Shown in pieces: positions 38,301 to 53,300 of a stretch of DNA of 64,000 bases; position 1 is the first letter of the stretch, and every line of letters begins with the position of its first letter. The stretch is taken from the NCBI RefSeq assembly GCF_035594765.1, contig NC_085842.1:297895749-297959748 (forward strand), given 5' to 3'. This DNA is from Anolis carolinensis. Taxonomy: Eukaryota. Position numbers and translations under genes: made by a program. Under the pieces are notes generated by a model that did not search any database, was not told the origin of the DNA, and saw only the letters and a list, made by a program, of their open reading frames with translations.

Positions 38301-41300
38301 ACCATAAGTTGAAAGTGACTTGAAAGCATACAACAACAGTAAGAGGAAGACAATGAGTTTTTTTTTTCTGTGCTTCTCTACACTGCTGGCACAGAGGACT
38401 ACTTCCAGCAGGACTCTGCTTGGCTCCATGCCTGCAGCATGGAGAAGCGGAGCCCAGAGGAATCGGATATAGACCCAAGTCTCATAGAAGAAGCCAAGGA
38501 GGATGCAGGAGGAAACATTGTGGGAAGAGATCCCACAACCAAAGACAATAAGGAAACGAAGCCACATCCTGCCCCACGGTTTCCCCCGCTGTCCCTCGGC
38601 TTCTGGACCTCAATTTGATGATATCCTTAATCCCAACACTCTTAATATTTTAACATAGGATAAATCAACCCTAACTAATAATACTTGTAAACAACGTTAT
38701 ATCCACTAGAGGGCACAAGCTCATCCCATATTATAAAATGAGCGCACTTCTAATTTTAAAACATTCAGTAGGGGGGTAAATTATATGTAGTTGTTGGATT
38801 TACCTCTAAAAACATGACAAAGATTGATTTTACATCCTGGGATAGTTGTATCCTATTATGCTTCTTTGAACTTGGAGAAGCTTCTATGACTAAAATAAAG
38901 GTAAAGGTTTTCCCGGGATGTTAAGTCCAGTCATGTCTGACTCTGGGGGTTGGTGCTCATCTCCATTTCTAAGCCGAAGAGCCGGTGTTGTCCATAGACA
39001 CCTCCAAGGTCATGTGGCCGGCATGGCTGCATGGAGCGCTGTTACCTTCCCGCCGGATCTATTCACATTGGCATGTTTTTGAACTGCTAGGTTGGCAGGA
39101 GCTGGAGCTAACAGCGGCCGCTCCCGCCGCTCCCGGGGATTGAACCTGGGACCTTTCGGTCTCCAGCTCAGTGCTTTAACGCACTTTGCCACCGGGGCTC
39201 CTCTCTATGACTAAAAGAAGAGGGATTTTTTCTGATTGTTCTTCCCCGCTTGTTGCCCAATTGACCTTCCTATTCTATATTTTCCCATATTGGTGAACCC
39301 TTTGCTACAGCATGGGAGGTGGTACAGAGATATGCTTCTTCCCTCTTTCCATTCCAGTAGAAATCTCAACTGAAGGAAGCAATGGAAAAACGATGTGGAA
39401 AAGTTATTCTCTATACTACTGTTCTCATAATCCCATAGATAGCATGCTTGAGGATGCTAGAAACAGCAGTACAAAAGCACCCTTTCTATTTCTTTAGTGA
39501 AAGAATACAACCATACAATATCTGACAGTAGGATATAGGATTCAGCCCATGATTTTTTATTTATAAATTCGAGTATAACCTCCCATATCAGTGGGGAATA
39601 GGTTCCTAGACATCACTTGGATACGTGAAACCATTGATAATATTATTTTCAATGGGATGAATGACAGACAGAGAAGAGTGTATAGCGTGTACAGGAGGCT
39701 CTAAGTGAATGACTCAAACCATAAATATGCACAACCACATACATTGGATCCACAGATATGCGAGTTGTACTGTATATTGCTGTTGTGTATCTTCAAGTCA
39801 TTTCCGTATCATGGTGTTTTCTGAAGCAAAGAGTGCATCTAGACTGCAGTTTGACACTACTTTAATTGCTATGCCTTAATGTTATGAACCACAGGAGTTG
39901 TAGAATGGTGAAGCATCTACACCATTTAGCAGAGAAGGCTAAAGACTTTTCAAAAGTTCAACGATTACGCAACATTGAGCCACGGCAATTAAATGATGTC
40001 AACCTGAATTAATTCTGCAGTGTAGATACACCCTAAGAATATATGATTTGTCCATGTTCACCCAATGGGTTCAATACCAGAGCAGGGATTTGAACTCTTT
40101 TCTGAAGAGTTGTAGTCTAATGCTCAAACTACAATTCATTTCCATTTTACACCAAGTAGATGGAGTATAAGCTCATCTTGGCACCCAAAGTTCACAAAGG
40201 CATTTCATAGAAAAGAGCTTTCCTGGAAGATCTGAGGGAGTGAGGAAATATTTCCATAAGTGTACTGACCTTACCTATAAGACCCAGTCCATAAATATGT
40301 TTAATTTTTAAGGATTCAATGACTTTCAGGAATAAGGACCAAACTCACAACTCTTGTTTCCCATTGCAGCTGTAGCCAGGGTCATCGAAAATGCTACCAC
40401 TACTCTACTTTCCTACAAGTATGACATCTATATTATATTACACTTTTTTTCAGAATCAAACAGCAGTTCATTTTCTTTTGAATGTTTAAACAAGAGTTTT
40501 ATACATAGTTTAGGGTTTCTTTCTAGTGACACGGTAGCACTTGTCAAATAAAAGTTCATTACAACATTTGACATTTAAATCTAGTAATTTTCCAGTCATC
40601 TTAAAACTCACAAGACAATTTATACATGTCAGTAACAGTAAGACAATGTTTAAAGAATGAAGTAACAGTTTTGCGGTAAATCATATGTTTTACATTAGCA
40701 TAAAAATATCAAAAGACTGAAAAATATAAAATGATTACACTCACTGATAAAGTGTTTTTGCCAGTCACAAACAGAGCTGAATTATGGGCGTCAATTTCTG
40801 CAAATGCAGTTAGCTGTATCCTCTGGAAGTTTGACTATAACAGAAAAATATAGCATGTTAAAATTGAAAACTATATGACTTTCAAAGAACAGTGGCCCCT
40901 TCAGCGCCATGGGATCCTGATCTGCAATTTCCAACAATCATAGATTGTCACACCTCATATTATTAATAAGTAGCCAGTGATATGAAATGGCCACTACCAT
41001 TCAATAATATAGGGCATGGTTGTCTGTGTTGTTTTTCATCTGCAGTGGGTCTCTAAACCAAACCGCTGTGGATACTGTATATACAAATATTCAGAATTGC
41101 TGATTTCCCAATGGTTTGTTTAATAATATTTCAGGTATTTTATAAGAAGGCTTTTAAACTAATTATTCCCTCTTTGGCTTCTATTCTAACTAGAAATGAA
41201 GTTTACCCAGTTTACAGTTTCTAATTTAGTAAACATTGTTGGGTTATATTATTTGGGTCAAGGGTGGGGAAGTGTGGCCCTCTATATATTGTTGGACTGC

Positions 41301-44300
41301 AAGTCTCAGCATTCCTCACTGCTGGCTATGCTGGGTGGGACTGATGGGATTTGCATCATTTGGGAAACTGTATAATTTAGAAGATTATTTTATTATTTAT
41401 GCCAAGCCTTCTGAAGTGGCTACATAAATATATAACAGTACAAAATATCTAAGAGCTAGTAACTTATTAAAACACAGATATTACTTACAGCTGCAAATGT
41501 CCCATTCCAGATTCTGGCAGAAACATTAACATAATATTCAGCCTTCAGCGTGATATCTTTTAATTTGCATGTAATTGTGTCACATCTGACATTCTTGCAG
41601 TTCTTTCAAATAAGGGAAAAAATAGCATTGTGGTTAAATATTGTTATTCAAATGTGAAAGAAAAGCAATTCATATATTTCATAAATTTTAGGCATTTTTG
41701 TTTACAGTTCCACATATATCTGCATCCTCACAGAAGCCCCGCCTGCCCGCCCCCAAGATAGAAAAGTATTCAATTTGAGCATCATATAAAAACATTATAG
41801 AATTTTGGATTAGCTCATCTACGAGGGCTATCCAGAAACTATATTACGTTTTGGAATTAAAAATTAACGAAGTATAGGATAAAATATTTATTATATGCAG
41901 TTAAAAGCCATACTTCAATAGTACCTTTAAACATAGTTCCCATTCAAAATTAGGCCCTTTTCAGAACTATTAATGAGTTTACAAACTTTTTACCCTCTGC
42001 AGTTTCCCGCCACGTAATGAAACTCAGCCAGCTGAAGAATGAATGCAGGAGGGAGGAGAAAGCAAAACACCCACTCTCGCTTCTTTCGCAAGATCTCAAG
42101 AATCAAAACATTGAGCCTTTCCCTTCCTGTCAGCTCAAGGAAAAGGCGTGGGTTTATCTCTCTTTGCGAGGAGGAACAGCCAGAATCAGCCAGGACTGTG
42201 GCTGCTTCTCCTCGGAGGCTACACCGCTTTCCTCCACACGGGGGTTTACCTCTCCTTCCGAGGAGAAGTCCTGGCCGATTCTGGCTGTTCCTCCTCGCAA
42301 GGAGAGATAAACCCACGCCTTTTCCTTGAGCTGACAGGAAGGGAAAGGATCAATGTTTTGATTCTTGAGATCTTGCGAAAGAAGCGAAAGCGGGTGTTTT
42401 GCTTTCTCCTCCCTCCTGCATTCATTCTTCAGCTGGCTGAGTTTCATTACGCGGCGGGAAACTGCAGAGGGTATAAAGTTTGTAAACTCATTAATAGTTC
42501 CGAAAAGGGCCTAATTTTGAATGGGAACTATGTTTAAAGGTACTATTGAAGTATGGCTTTTAACTGCATATGATAAATATTTTATCCTATACTTCATTAA
42601 TTTTTAATTCCAAAACGTAATATACTTTCTGGATGGCCCTCGTATTAAATTTTGTCTGGGCCTTGTTATGTGTCTCAGCTCAAGTAGAAAGATAAGGACT
42701 TCTGTATAGGAGACCCCAGAAGTAGAACTCTATTTTCAAGCAGTTTAGCATAGCTCCTTTTTTTTAACTAGTCTTCTATAACAAAAACCTATATCGCCAC
42801 ATCAGACTTTTAGTGATTGATCCCATGCTTTGAGTGTATGTATGTATGCATGTATTTTCTTGTAATTTCACCCCAGGTCATGTTTACCGTTGCCTTCATT
42901 AGAGGCTGACGGTATATGACTTTCAGAAGTCATCCAAAGAGTTTCCATGACTGAGTGGAAATTTGAACTCTAATCTCCAGAGTCCTCTGCCATGTGGATA
43001 TAACATACTCGATACAGAAAACTGATACTGTATTTCAATAAACAAACCAACACCAATCCCATTATTTGCCTTCATTAAACAAACTAAGGCAGGAAAGAGG
43101 TAAATCAACAGAGACTACATGTTTCGCTCACCAAATACCACAGAGAAACCCTCACAAACGATTCAGAATCCCGAACATTTTTATAGCATTCACAACTATA
43201 GAAGAGAGATTTCCTCCCTCCCCCCGTGCTTAAAATGATGGAGATCTGAAATGTATAGGTCTATTCTTTCAACATTTATTTATCAATAGCAATAAAGGTA
43301 CCAGGACTTCAGATTTTGCAATCATATAAACAACTCACCAATTCTTTCATCGTTTTGAAGTTTTCCTTTTTAAATGACACAGCATAACCTTGTTGTCCTA
43401 TATTATATGGATTTATCTGTGCTTCACAACTGAGGTCACCATCCTGGAAAGAACATACAAAGTCATACATGGAACAGAGGGAGCAGAGACCTTGCATGAG
43501 TTGTCACACCATAATTATTAGCCTTTCCATTTCATCCTGTCTTCTCTACTGAGTTGTAATATCAATTAAAGTACACCATGGCTCTACCTGACTGGCATGT
43601 ACTGCAGTCACATACATCAAGGGATTGTCCTCTTCAGTCTGTTTTGGAATATGGATTTTTAAAGATGCCATGTTGACTGGAATACTTCCTGTTGTAACCT
43701 GAAAATTAAACAATTATGTGGATAAATAATAGAGAATAATGCCAGCAGATGATGGCCTACACAATATGACCCCAGCACCTGCAGGATCAGTGGCCCCCAT
43801 TTCACTTGCCCACTTCTGACAAAATATGTCTTCTCTAGACATTTTCTAGGTTCTCCAGGTGATCTGTGGTATAGCTCTGCTAGAAGTTAACACAAAGTCA
43901 CTTTGGAGGACCTAGAAAATTCTGAGAGAAATACTTCTTTAGGATTTGTCAAGATCTTCCAGGACAACTCTGGTAGTTCTTCCAGGGAAACTTTCAATAG
44001 AAGTCATTCATTTCCATAGGGTTTGCTATCAATGGTTTCATGTTAATATAGTAAGTTCAGTAACGTATACCTCACAAATATAGGGGACGTATTGTTTTGC
44101 AGCTGCTCTCTGTTAGCACTGGGCTGTAAAAATAGTGTATATATTAAGTCACAGCTAAAAAACATGTGTTTGTGAATGGAACTTAGAATTGTTTCAAATC
44201 CATGTAAGTACAAGCATGGCACAGTAGATAATACAAACTCTATAACATAGTCTATATTATTAACTGTTGCAATTTTCATTTCAAACTATGCAAGGGTCTT

Positions 44301-47300
44301 GTCCTTAGCATTCTTATGCTTGGGAATCAAAGAAAGAACTGGGCAAAACTCTCATAATTCAGGCCTTTGGGCATAATGAACAAGTACGTAGCCATACAGA
44401 ATAATGACATACCCTGTTTCCCCGAAAATAAGACAGGGTCTTATATTAATTTTTGCTCCCAAAGATGCACTAGGTCTTATTTTCAGGGGATGTCTTATTT
44501 TTCCATGAAGAAGAATTCACATTTATTGTTGAACAACAAAATGAACATTTATTATATACTGTAAAGTAGTTGTCATCACAAACCAGCATAACCAGACAAA
44601 CTATGAATCCTATCAAGAATTTCTTGTTACTACCATTATTTACATGTACAACAATCTATGGTACCTCTTGCAATTTAGGTTTCAAAAGGTTTCCACGCTG
44701 ATTTCTCTCTATTCTAGTTTCAATGTAGTCATGAATGATGAATAATATAATATACTATAATAATAATATGATAATATAATAATAATAATATAATTATATA
44801 CAATATATTAGTGAGATAATATAATATAGGATATAATAATAACAGAAAATGATAATAATATGGTATTAATAGGATAATAATGGGATATAATAACAGAATA
44901 GCATAATAATAAAATAATAATATGATAATATAATAGAATAATAGTATAGAATATAATGATATAAAATATATAAATAGGGTAATATAAATGGAATTTAATA
45001 ATAACAGAATAATAATATAATAATATGAAAATATAATAGAATAATAATAGAATAATAATATAATGATATAATAATAATAATAGAAAAATATAATATAATG
45101 ATTTAAAATATATTAATAGGATAATATAATGGGATATAATAATAGTAACAGAATATGATGATAATAATATGGCAATAGAATTATAGTCTAAAATAATCAG
45201 TTTCATGGCATAGGATAGGAAGATGAGAGGAGAATCCCAATGCGTCCTGTACCTTTAAGGAGCAAAAGCCCTCTTCCTTCCCTCCCTCCCACCCTCCCTT
45301 GCCCTGGCTCCAGGAGCCAGTCAGAAGCCTTGGGGGCGAAGGCAGCATGGCCAGGAGGGAGACGGAAGGAAGGAAGAAACGGCAGCGCAGTAGCAGCCAC
45401 GGAAGGTTTTTCAAGCCTCGGCTGGGGGACAGGCAAGGAAAGGCAAGGCAGGGAGGCACAGAAAGCAAGCACTTTCCCTCCCTCCCTCCCTCCGGTCTGT
45501 GTATGAGTGCTGGTTCTGCCCGGCAGCCATGCTTCCCAATGGAACTCTGCTCCAGCCTTAGTTGCTAGGTCTTACTTTCAGGGGAGGCCTTATATTTGGC
45601 AATCCCCCCAAACCCCTGCTAGGTCTTATTCTTTGGGGAGGTCTTATTTTCGGGGAAACACGGTATATTGTTGCTCCAGGCAAATGGATGGTAACTCCTT
45701 GTAACTGATATATAAAAAATAAAATAAATGTAATGGACAAGCTGGAGTTGTACTAACATGACTGGAATTTTCATCCGCTATTGGTGTGTCCAGAGACTCC
45801 ATTCTGTTCAGTATTGAAAGAACTCCAGTCTATATTTCAGGAAGAACCACCACATTTTACATGTGGCACATTAAAAACTAACAAGCTTATTACAGCCTGA
45901 GTTTCCATGGATTGTAGTGTGAAAATCAGTTAGACTTTATGGTATCACAGATTTTGCAGCTATAGACTGATATGTAATTTTCTGTTTCCAAATAGTCTAA
46001 AGCAGGCAGGATTTTGTTTTGGGAGGGGCTGGGATTTTGGTTGGGGGGGGCTGAGTCTGAGTGCGAGAGGGTTTAACCCTAGCAAACCTTTTGTATCGTT
46101 ATCCCAATACCCCCATGCATATGGGATATATTGAGCACGGTGATCAGATCATGATATGAATAATTGTAACAGTTTAAATAATAAATGTAAGGGCTTCTCG
46201 CGGACCACCATGAGAATTTCGGGTGGGAGGGGGCTGAAGCCCTTCAAGCCTCCCCCCCCCCCTCCTTGGCTACATGCCTGGTGTAAAGAGGTTATAAATT
46301 GGTATGGCAGTCCAACTGGGCTATAATAATAAGTATAGCTAAAAAAAATCCATCTAGAAAAATGAGGCAGTTCTGACCTCCATATATGTTTCTTCATTGT
46401 CCCATGTGCTGTTACATCCATGGCCCAATTATTGGGGGAACTATGGGAGCTTGTATACACTGCATATACCCACTAAATTCTGCCCCACTCTGACATTGTA
46501 AGTCCAATATGTTTCAGTAAGAAAGATACAACATGTTCTTGTATATGCTTACTGACCTTAATAGAAAAATTGAATGCAGGTCCAATTTCATCAAAATTGT
46601 TCACCATAGAAGGAACATTATAATCAGAATATACTTCATAGAAATTCATACTAGTAAACCTGAATAAAAACAAATTATATTATGAACATTTTTTCCAAAG
46701 TATGTGGTTTCTTTTTCTCTACTGAATTACACAGAGTGAAGAACTACATTTTGGAAAAGGGTTTGTTATAAATGTATTTATTTTAAAAACAATAATGTTG
46801 CTATGAAAATATATTGTATTTGTATGTTAATGCTAAAAAACTGAAAAGAGCTCAGTGCATATACCAAAATAAATATGGTCCTTCAGTGTTATGGTTGAGC
46901 CTCATGGCTCTACTACTGGGAGACGTGGGAGAGTATCTGACTCTCGAGGAGCGAGAAAGGAAGCGGCTGCGAGATATCTTTGCAGAACCATCTGACGAGG
47001 ATTCTTTTGAGGGGTTTACTGAGAGAATGGAGGAAGAGATGGTTAGCTCGGAAGAGGATGACATGGAATGGACTCGTGTAAGGGAGGATTTGGGTGCCAC
47101 TGGCAATGATAGTATGGAAGGCGATTGGGGACCTTCAGGATTAGACCCGTGGACAAGCTGGAGGGATGGGACGGGATCCACAGCTGGGGATGCTGTGGGG
47201 CGTAGTCAAAGGTGTTCCAGTTCTGATGAGGAAAGTGATGAGGAAACGCCCGGGCTAAGGAGAACAGCTGATAGCGATGAGGACTTGTAACTGGCATAAA

Positions 47301-50300
47301 ATGGGGTTTGGGAGCAATAGCAAATTGCGTTGGGCAAGGTAATCTGGACGAACGCTTGGGATCTGTGTGGGAAGTTTTCCTGAAGACGGGTGTGATTCGT
47401 TTGCTGACTACGTAAGTTATCCTGGACATTGGGCTCAGACGGCGGGAGGAATTGTGTGGGGTTTTGTTGTGCAACCTCTGCTTAATCTTAATAGCTTTGA
47501 CCTTCCGTCGTCTTCTTGACGGACGCCATCTGCTTACTCTGGACTTACAGACTGACTGACTACGGCCTCGGATTCTCCTACCTGTGTCTATCGTTGGAAC
47601 TGGTGAACTACAAACGTCTGCATCTGCCTTACGACCTTCGGAACGGATTGGGACTTCGCTGACTGCTTCTGCCCTCATCTGCTGTGTTTGTATTGGGAAA
47701 TTGCCTGCTGTGTGGAGGAGTAACCTCTAAGTTACTCAAACATAGCTCTTGGCAGCAGAGAAGCATCTGCTGCCAATTAGTTGCATTCCTTTGAACTTTT
47801 TGTTCACCAGCTTCTGTTTGTTTATTCCCAGGCTGAAGCAAGCTGTTTTGATTTAACCCGGATTAAACTCCGGTTTAATCCGGTTTATCTTTTGAACGTT
47901 TTTCTTGTCTCTTTTTACTTTTAAGGCCAGTGTTTGCCTAGCCCTTGTTTTTTACGGGCATTTTTGGTTCTGTAACTCCAATAAACTTTGTTATCTTTTA
48001 TCTTGTGGCGTTCTGTCTTTGACATTCAGAGTTTCTGGACATTCACAAAAAACATCCAGGTATTTCAACACTTCTATGATACTATGAGACACTGACTGAC
48101 GCAAAATATAAGAATATTTCAGGCATCTAGGGTGGCATTAGCAAGATACAAATGTCTACATGTGTTTACTTGTCAATATAAGCTATGCATTCTGAGTTCA
48201 ATATAAACCCTTGAATAATATTACAGATATGTGAATTATTGAGATTTCTGCTTCACTTGATAGTCATACTTTTGTTTATTTATGTTCCTTCAAGTTAACT
48301 ATAAAAGGTGACCCCACAAATTCCATAGGGTTTTTTAAGGTAAGGAATACACAGGAGTTTTTTTGTCCCTTTCTCTGAAATATATTCTAAAGTCCCTGGT
48401 ATTCATTGGTAGTGTCCCATCCAAGTACTGAGCAGGGCTGACCCTACTTGGCTTCCATGATCAGATGGAAACTAGGGAGTATTTAGGCCTTGCGAATCAT
48501 GCTCTTGCTTTTGCAGATCTCAAATTTGCTGAGTTATCTCAAACACCAAGAAACTAGCCATAGGCTCTGCTGGTTCATTTAGAATTACCTTGTCAAGTGG
48601 AGTTCTGCATCATACCGAAGAGGGACTGTCAGGTTGACTTGATTGTTTGTATCATCTTCTTCATTACTTGCACTAAAATGCATATTTAAAATGTTTTAAT
48701 GAAACAGCCATATTTATAAACATAATTTGATACTATTCAGTGTCCAGGAGCAGTTTTGTCAGGGGATATCTTTGGCATGATGACAACATACACACAACTT
48801 AAATCCAAAGAAGATGGAAGTGTGGTAAGTTGGAACATCTGTTGAATGAGATGTCCTACTAGATCTACCATATTTAACATCACAATAAAGGAGTAGGCAT
48901 ATAGCCAGTGAGGGTTCCCATGTGCCACAGAAGTGCAGGGGTCAGCAACAGCCAGGAATATATTTTACCTGCTTTGGCTGGTTTACAGCTAAGGCCTTAT
49001 CTAAGAGAAAATGAAGCATGCTTCATACTCTTTTTGCTTATACTACTCCAGACTGGATCACTGTAACATTCTACAGGTGGGGCTTCTTTTATGTATTTGT
49101 TATTTATTCATTCAGTTCTTTTCCTGCCATAGAACCCAAAGTCACTTATAATAATTTAAAATAAAAAATAGCTAAAATTTCAAAGTGCAGAGTTAAAAAT
49201 AATGATTAGATTACAGTTTTGATTTAAGAGCATAGTTAAAAACTATAGACATTGATTCCATTAAGTAAAGAGTAACAAAAAAGTAAATAAACTGTTGCTA
49301 TTAATTGCAAGGAATATGTTGGGATGTTATATGACATATTACATGGATGCATGTGCTTTCAAGTCACCTCTCAATTTACCGCAACCCCATTAATTTCACA
49401 GGGTCTTTCTATGCAAGGAATACACTAAGGTGGTTTTGCCAGTTCTTTCCCCTGAAATATACCCCACAGCCCCTGTTATTCACTGGCAGTCTCCCATTTA
49501 AGTAACAACCAGAACTGATCATGCTTAGCTTCAAAGATCAAATGGCATCTGATGCCATTACAGTATTTAGTCCAAATGAAATATTACACTGTACCTCAAA
49601 GCTTGAAAACTCAATACTGCCAGATTCTGAAGACTTTTCAAATTAAAGTCAAAACTGATGTCAAAAGACACCTGTGCAAAATAAAGTGAGGAGATGAAAT
49701 TAAAACAAGCAAAGCAATTATTAGCAATCAGGGCTGTAGTCGAAATTTTCAGGTTTAAAAAACCCCCGGTTTACTCATGAATTTTAACTGGTTAACCAAA
49801 TCCTCATGAGTGTCCACTGAAGTTTATCGATGGAGCCTAATTTCTACATTATTTTGCGTTATGGAACTACTCTTCATGATTTGCTAAAAAAAAAAAAAGT
49901 TTCAAATTGCCCCAATTTTTTTCCTGGCTATGGCCCTGTTAGCAATTGCTAACAATTGTCCTATTTCAGGAAGTTGTCTTCATTATTTTATGAAATTATC
50001 TTTATGCTGGAACAACCTCTTTTCCCAAGCAAATTTCCCTCAAGGCCTTCTCGGCAAGCAAATCCTTATTTGGATGACAGCACAATGCCACCTCTTTCTT
50101 CCATGCCCTTTCCTCACTCACTGCCAGGTCCAAATATACCTTTTTACCATCAATTTATCAATGTCACTTATAATTTCTGTAGATGCTAAAAGTGCAAGAA
50201 AAAGGACCAAAAAAACCCTACAGGGCCAGCCGTTTTGGCACCAGATATTTAAGATGACATAACTGATTCTCTTTTTGCTTGTCTATTTTGCTTGCCCTCT

Positions 50301-53300
50301 ATAATACAGACTGTTATTTTAAAGGATGAATTCATGCCTTTTGCTTGTCACTCTTCTTTCACTGGAGCACTGGAATTGATACAACACCCCTAATTAAAAG
50401 TGGAATTGTAAGACATACCTGCTGTGCTTCTTTGAAAACAGGATAGCTGATCTGGCAAACAACAAACTGCTGGACTGTACTCATCTGACATGAAACATCA
50501 GTTCCATCAACCTGTAAGGTTGAAGACAAATATTGATTCATATAATTATAGTACAGTATCAAAAATGAAAGGCAGCATAGTGTAGTGGTTTGAGCATTAG
50601 ATGACAACTCTGAAAATCAGGATTCAAATCCTCATTAAGCCATAGAAACCCAATGGGAGATTTTGGGGAAATCACACTCTCTCATTCTCAAGAGGATGGC
50701 AAAAGGAAACCCTCAAAATACTGTAGCACAAAATCGAGGACATTCTTACATAGGTGAGTTCCTAAACAAGACATATGCAACTAGGTTGGCAAGGCCATCC
50801 TTACTTTGTTTCCCCCATGTCTAGCCTCCTGAAAATAGCACTTAAAAGTCAAATGGAGTGAGATGCAGTATAGCTGGAAGGGAAAAAAATCTCACAAAAT
50901 CAGCTGGAGCTTATGGAAGGGAAATTCTGGATCCAACCTTATGCTTTTAAAATCCATGGCACATTAATGGGTCAAGGATACTAATTTATATATGACTTGG
51001 TAATTGTTTACAGTGTAAACAGGAAATTTTCCCCATCAGTGAAACAAAGCTGTTCCTTATTGACAAGAATGCATTATTCAATAATTAATGGATCTGACTT
51101 GGATCTAGAATTCACTGACTTGATCCCAGGATCCTTACTGATCACAGAATCTATTCTGGTTCCCCCTGCCCCCCTCATCTTGAATGATTGACCAATCCAT
51201 CCTGACCATCATAATTCATGGACTCAATTGGATTCTGGAATCTACTATAATAATCAAGGGCTCCATCCTAATTTTAAACATCCTCATTTTTGGATCCCTG
51301 TAACTGCCACCTTGATGTAAGGATACATCTTGTTTATTTTGAAGTTTATATTAGGGTTGTGCCTTGACCCATTTCATGTCTCAGCTTTCAATGGGACCGA
51401 AACAAGGGAACAAAATCAAATATTATTGACTTCATTGATATCTAGTATCTGAGTCAACATAGCTTAGCTTGCACTTCATAGAATTGGTTTACTAGAACAA
51501 ACAGTATTATGTAACTTTGATAATTTAGGAAACATCCCCACAATGGGGAAAATAATGGTGTAGGATTCTCACTGATTAGCAGGACTGGGAACGTATCTGA
51601 AAGAAAATATCCTTCCAAAAAATAACTGATATTCTTAATATAAAAGTAGTAAAGCTAGATATCGATATTACACCTACAGGTGAAGAAGATGAAGCAAAAA
51701 ACAAGTTTCCGGAAAAGACCATTTGAATTCTGGTGTTGTATGCGTTTTCTTTTTTATTTCTCAGTTTCACACCGAATATCAATCTTTTGTTCTTACTGTT
51801 GATAATAACAGGCTGTTTGCTGGTTTCAGGAAGGAAAAACAGAAAAGAATAGAAACATATTGTTAATGTGGTACATAGGTGAATTCCATTGTACTTCAGT
51901 GAAGAGGTATGCACTAAGAACAACCCATCTGAACAGCATTCAGCATGCAGTTAAGCATACTTGAAGTTGAATAACACTTTGCTTTCAACAAGAGGGCAGC
52001 ATGGATAACATTTATTTCAAAATTCAGCAAGCATACCAGTTCATTCTTATATACACATTTTCAAAGGAGTATACATTCGGGAATAGTACTTTCAGGTTTT
52101 TGTTATACAGACTTTTATTTCATTAGTATTTTACAATAGTTTGCCAACACATAAATACTATTTAAGCTTAAAGGTTAAGGTAAATTGTCATGTGATTATT
52201 CCTCACTTATATACATTTGATACATATTTTCTTTTATATAATCGTCTTTTACAGGAGAACTGAGTGGTACAAAAACACACCTCTTACCCATTATTTGTTT
52301 TCTGTTGAACATCAAGAACAAGGTCAGCAATACAAACTTCATCCCCACCACAATCTTTAACAAATGGTATCTGCAAAACCAAAAACAAAATCTGTCTTCT
52401 TTGTTCAAAATAATTGATCTACATAATTCTTACTGTAATTACTTACTATAATTGACTCTTAGGACAATTACTTTGTTTGCTTACATCCAACTCTGTAACA
52501 AGTGATCTCAGGTCAGGGTGCAATCCATAAAGAGGGTTTTTAAAAGCATTTAAAACAATGTGTGGATAGTTTAAGAAAGGGGAATTTTTCAGGAGAGTTC
52601 TGTTGTTTATTCCTACATGCAAAGGGGCTGAACTCGACAGCCTTTGTGGTCTCTTCCAAATTTAAGATTCTATGATGCTACAGATTTAACAGTGGTTTGA
52701 TGCCATCTTCCAGGTTCAGTCCTATGGAATCCTGGAATTTGTAGTTTGGTGAAAGACTTTGAATGCTCTGTTACAAAGAAGCTCTGGATCAAGAATAGCA
52801 GTAGAGTACACAAGCAATAAAATATTTTAAGCAACTTATAAATCTGTAAACCCTAATTTACATAGGATAGCGTAATAGTAGTTAAAGTATCACCCAATAA
52901 TTATTAAGTGTAAATATATTCTTAAATGTATAGAACAGTGGTGTAGCTATCATTTCAGTGGGCAGAGAATCCACTCCTAGTTTTCTTCCAGATGTACCCC
53001 AAGGTGATCACCCTATTCTTAAACAAGTTCAATACCTTGTACAGCTTCTCTTTTCTGATAGAGGAGCCACCGCATGGAATTGTAATGCAATTCAAAATAA
53101 AGAAAATTCCCAATTTATAAAAACCGAAGTGCAATCATTGGGGGCCCAAAACTTGGATGTGAAATAAAGTTTTAGTTTGGCACCAAAACACCAACACTGG
53201 TGCCAGATAGACCTTGAAGGGGAGAGTATCCCACAACCAAGACTTTATGGGACTGCTTTGCCTTTTTCTTGTCTCACAAGATGGACAGAAGAGGCAATCC

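Noticed and set aside
39120-39203. Possible tRNA gene (also 53690-53772)
   Set aside because: A/B-box-like heads of SINEs with TSDs; no full cloverleaf
41990-42537. Duplicated ORFs on both strands
   Set aside because: Artefact of the foldback MITE; no transposase motifs
44808-45206. 132-aa Ile/Tyr/Leu-rich ORF
   Set aside because: Low-complexity AT minisatellite inside a MITE
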